DNA from: a virus
DNA length: 38,432 nucleotides
Strand: one strand, 5' to 3'
Virus record (IMG/VR): IMGVR_UViG_3300037755_000578
Location: 1-38,432 of that record
Position numbers and translations under genes: made by a program. Numbering within the stretch: position 1 is the stretch's first letter; every line of letters begins with the position of its first letter. Positions 37,875 to 38,432 of the stretch are shown piece by piece. The notes under the pieces were generated by a model. It had not been told where the DNA came from. It ran no database searches and was given only the letters and a program-made list of their open reading frames with translations.

Positions 37875-38432
37875 TAGAAGTGCCTCTTGTACTCGTTGCG
37901 CGACGGCCCGAGCAGGTCCTCGAACCACAGGATCGCCTGATTCATGGCGACACCGCGCGTGGTGCCGCCGACCGGAGAGGCGATGCCGTCTTCCTGTGTC
38001 ACCACGAAGCGCACACGCACCCCCTCGACCTTGCGCCGCCGCGGGGTCCACTGAAGACGCAGCGTCTGGCCCGGGTGAAACCCGTTCGCGGGACTGAGGC
38101 GATAGGTGCGGCACGCGACCCAGTTGCGCCCGTCGTCGTAGCTGCACCAGGCCGTCAGCGCGCAGTTGTCGAGCAGCTCCCCAACGAACGTGATGCCGAG
38201 ATGGCGGGCCGCGCCGCCCGCTCCCATGGCGTAGATGGTGGCCAGCTCCACGTACGGTTCGATCGCTACGTCGCCCTCGTCGAGTGCCGCATCTGGGTCG
38301 CTCCTGAGAACGTCCGTGCTGTTGCAGACCACGAGCCGCCCCTGATGTGCCACCGCGGCCCGTGCCGGCGTACCGGTGGACGCCAGCGGCTTGAACGCCA
38401 GGTGCGTGGTGCCCGAGGCAACGGCGCTTGCG
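37874..38432 (-). CDS. C-terminal part of the junction-spanning 1277-aa virion/tail protein
   Basis: Track ORF 37874..38353 (MAHQGRLVVCNSTDVL...NEYKRHF) begins at an internal GTG. The frame stays open upstream to the window end (..TGTPARAAVAHQGRL..) and continues at base 128 onward. The stop TAA at 37874-37876 overlaps the next ATG. Confidence 0.8.
   Translation of the reverse strand, partial: ASAVASGTTHLAFKPLASTGTPARAAVAHQGRLVVCNSTDVLRSDPDAALDEGDVAIEPYVELATIYAMGAGGAARHLGITFVGELLDNCALTAWCSYDDGRNWVACRTYRLSPANGFHPGQTLRLQWTPRRRKVEGVRVRFVVTQEDGIASPVGGTTRGVAMNQAILWFEDLLGPSRNEYKRHF
38306..38432. repeat. Right copy of the exact 127-bp terminal direct repeat
   Basis: Identical to bases 1-127. The repeat lies inside a continuous minus-strand reading frame. 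Confidence 0.95.

Noticed and set aside
37875-38147. 91-codon N-terminal extension of the 927-aa ORF 35364..38147
   Set aside because: The extension overlaps the end of the 1277-aa gene out of frame and is Arg-rich. ATG 37874 gives the TAATG coupling seen at the next two junctions.
1-38432. Search by eye for tRNA/tmRNA genes, CRISPR arrays, integrase/att sites, IS elements and toxin-antitoxin pairs
   Set aside because: The intergenic gaps are short and lack T-loop/anticodon-arm-like structure. There is no spaced repeat array and no tyrosine or serine recombinase motif. There are no inverted terminal repeats bounding a transposase. I cannot exclude divergent examples without HMM or covariance-model searches.

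Overview
The window is a high-GC (about two-thirds G+C by eye) dsDNA phage genome that appears complete. Bases 1-127 recur exactly at 38306-38432, so the unique circle is 38,305 bp. I resolve about 58 protein genes in four strand blocks. Block 1 is a roughly 24-kb minus-strand run that crosses the window junction. It goes from an SF2 helicase and a DUF3987-like replication protein, through a string of small accessory genes, to the capsid, tail and internal-virion genes (16896 down to 1, then 38305 down to 30556). Block 2 is a plus-strand early block (16956-21387) with a Cro/XRE-like HTH, a coiled-coil protein, a PD-(D/E)XK nuclease and a P-loop NTPase. Block 3 is a minus-strand lysis and packaging block (28147-21335) with holin, M15 endolysin, portal, scaffold, a GroES-like protein, TerS and TerL. 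Block 4 is a plus-strand accessory island (28201-30501) with RusA plus small HTH, zinc-ribbon, lipoprotein and membrane proteins. Most neighbouring genes are joined by ATGA, GTGA or TAATG start/stop overlaps. Most long ORFs in the supplied track are antisense or off-frame artefacts of the GC bias. I saw no tRNA, CRISPR array, integrase, DNA polymerase, RNA polymerase or reverse transcriptase. The items most worth a second look are: a 1277-aa virion gene that spans the junction and is missed by linear ORF calling; a jelly-roll protein with seven 21-aa repeats; an Asn/Gln-rich repeat protein; a possible Acb2/Tad1-type hairpin fusion; a tandem GroES-like protein; a frameshifted secreted-protein gene; a low-GC moron; an AT-rich/G-run island inside the replication gene; and several small ORFs below the track cutoff. 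All functional names come from motif or position recognition by eye, not from searches.
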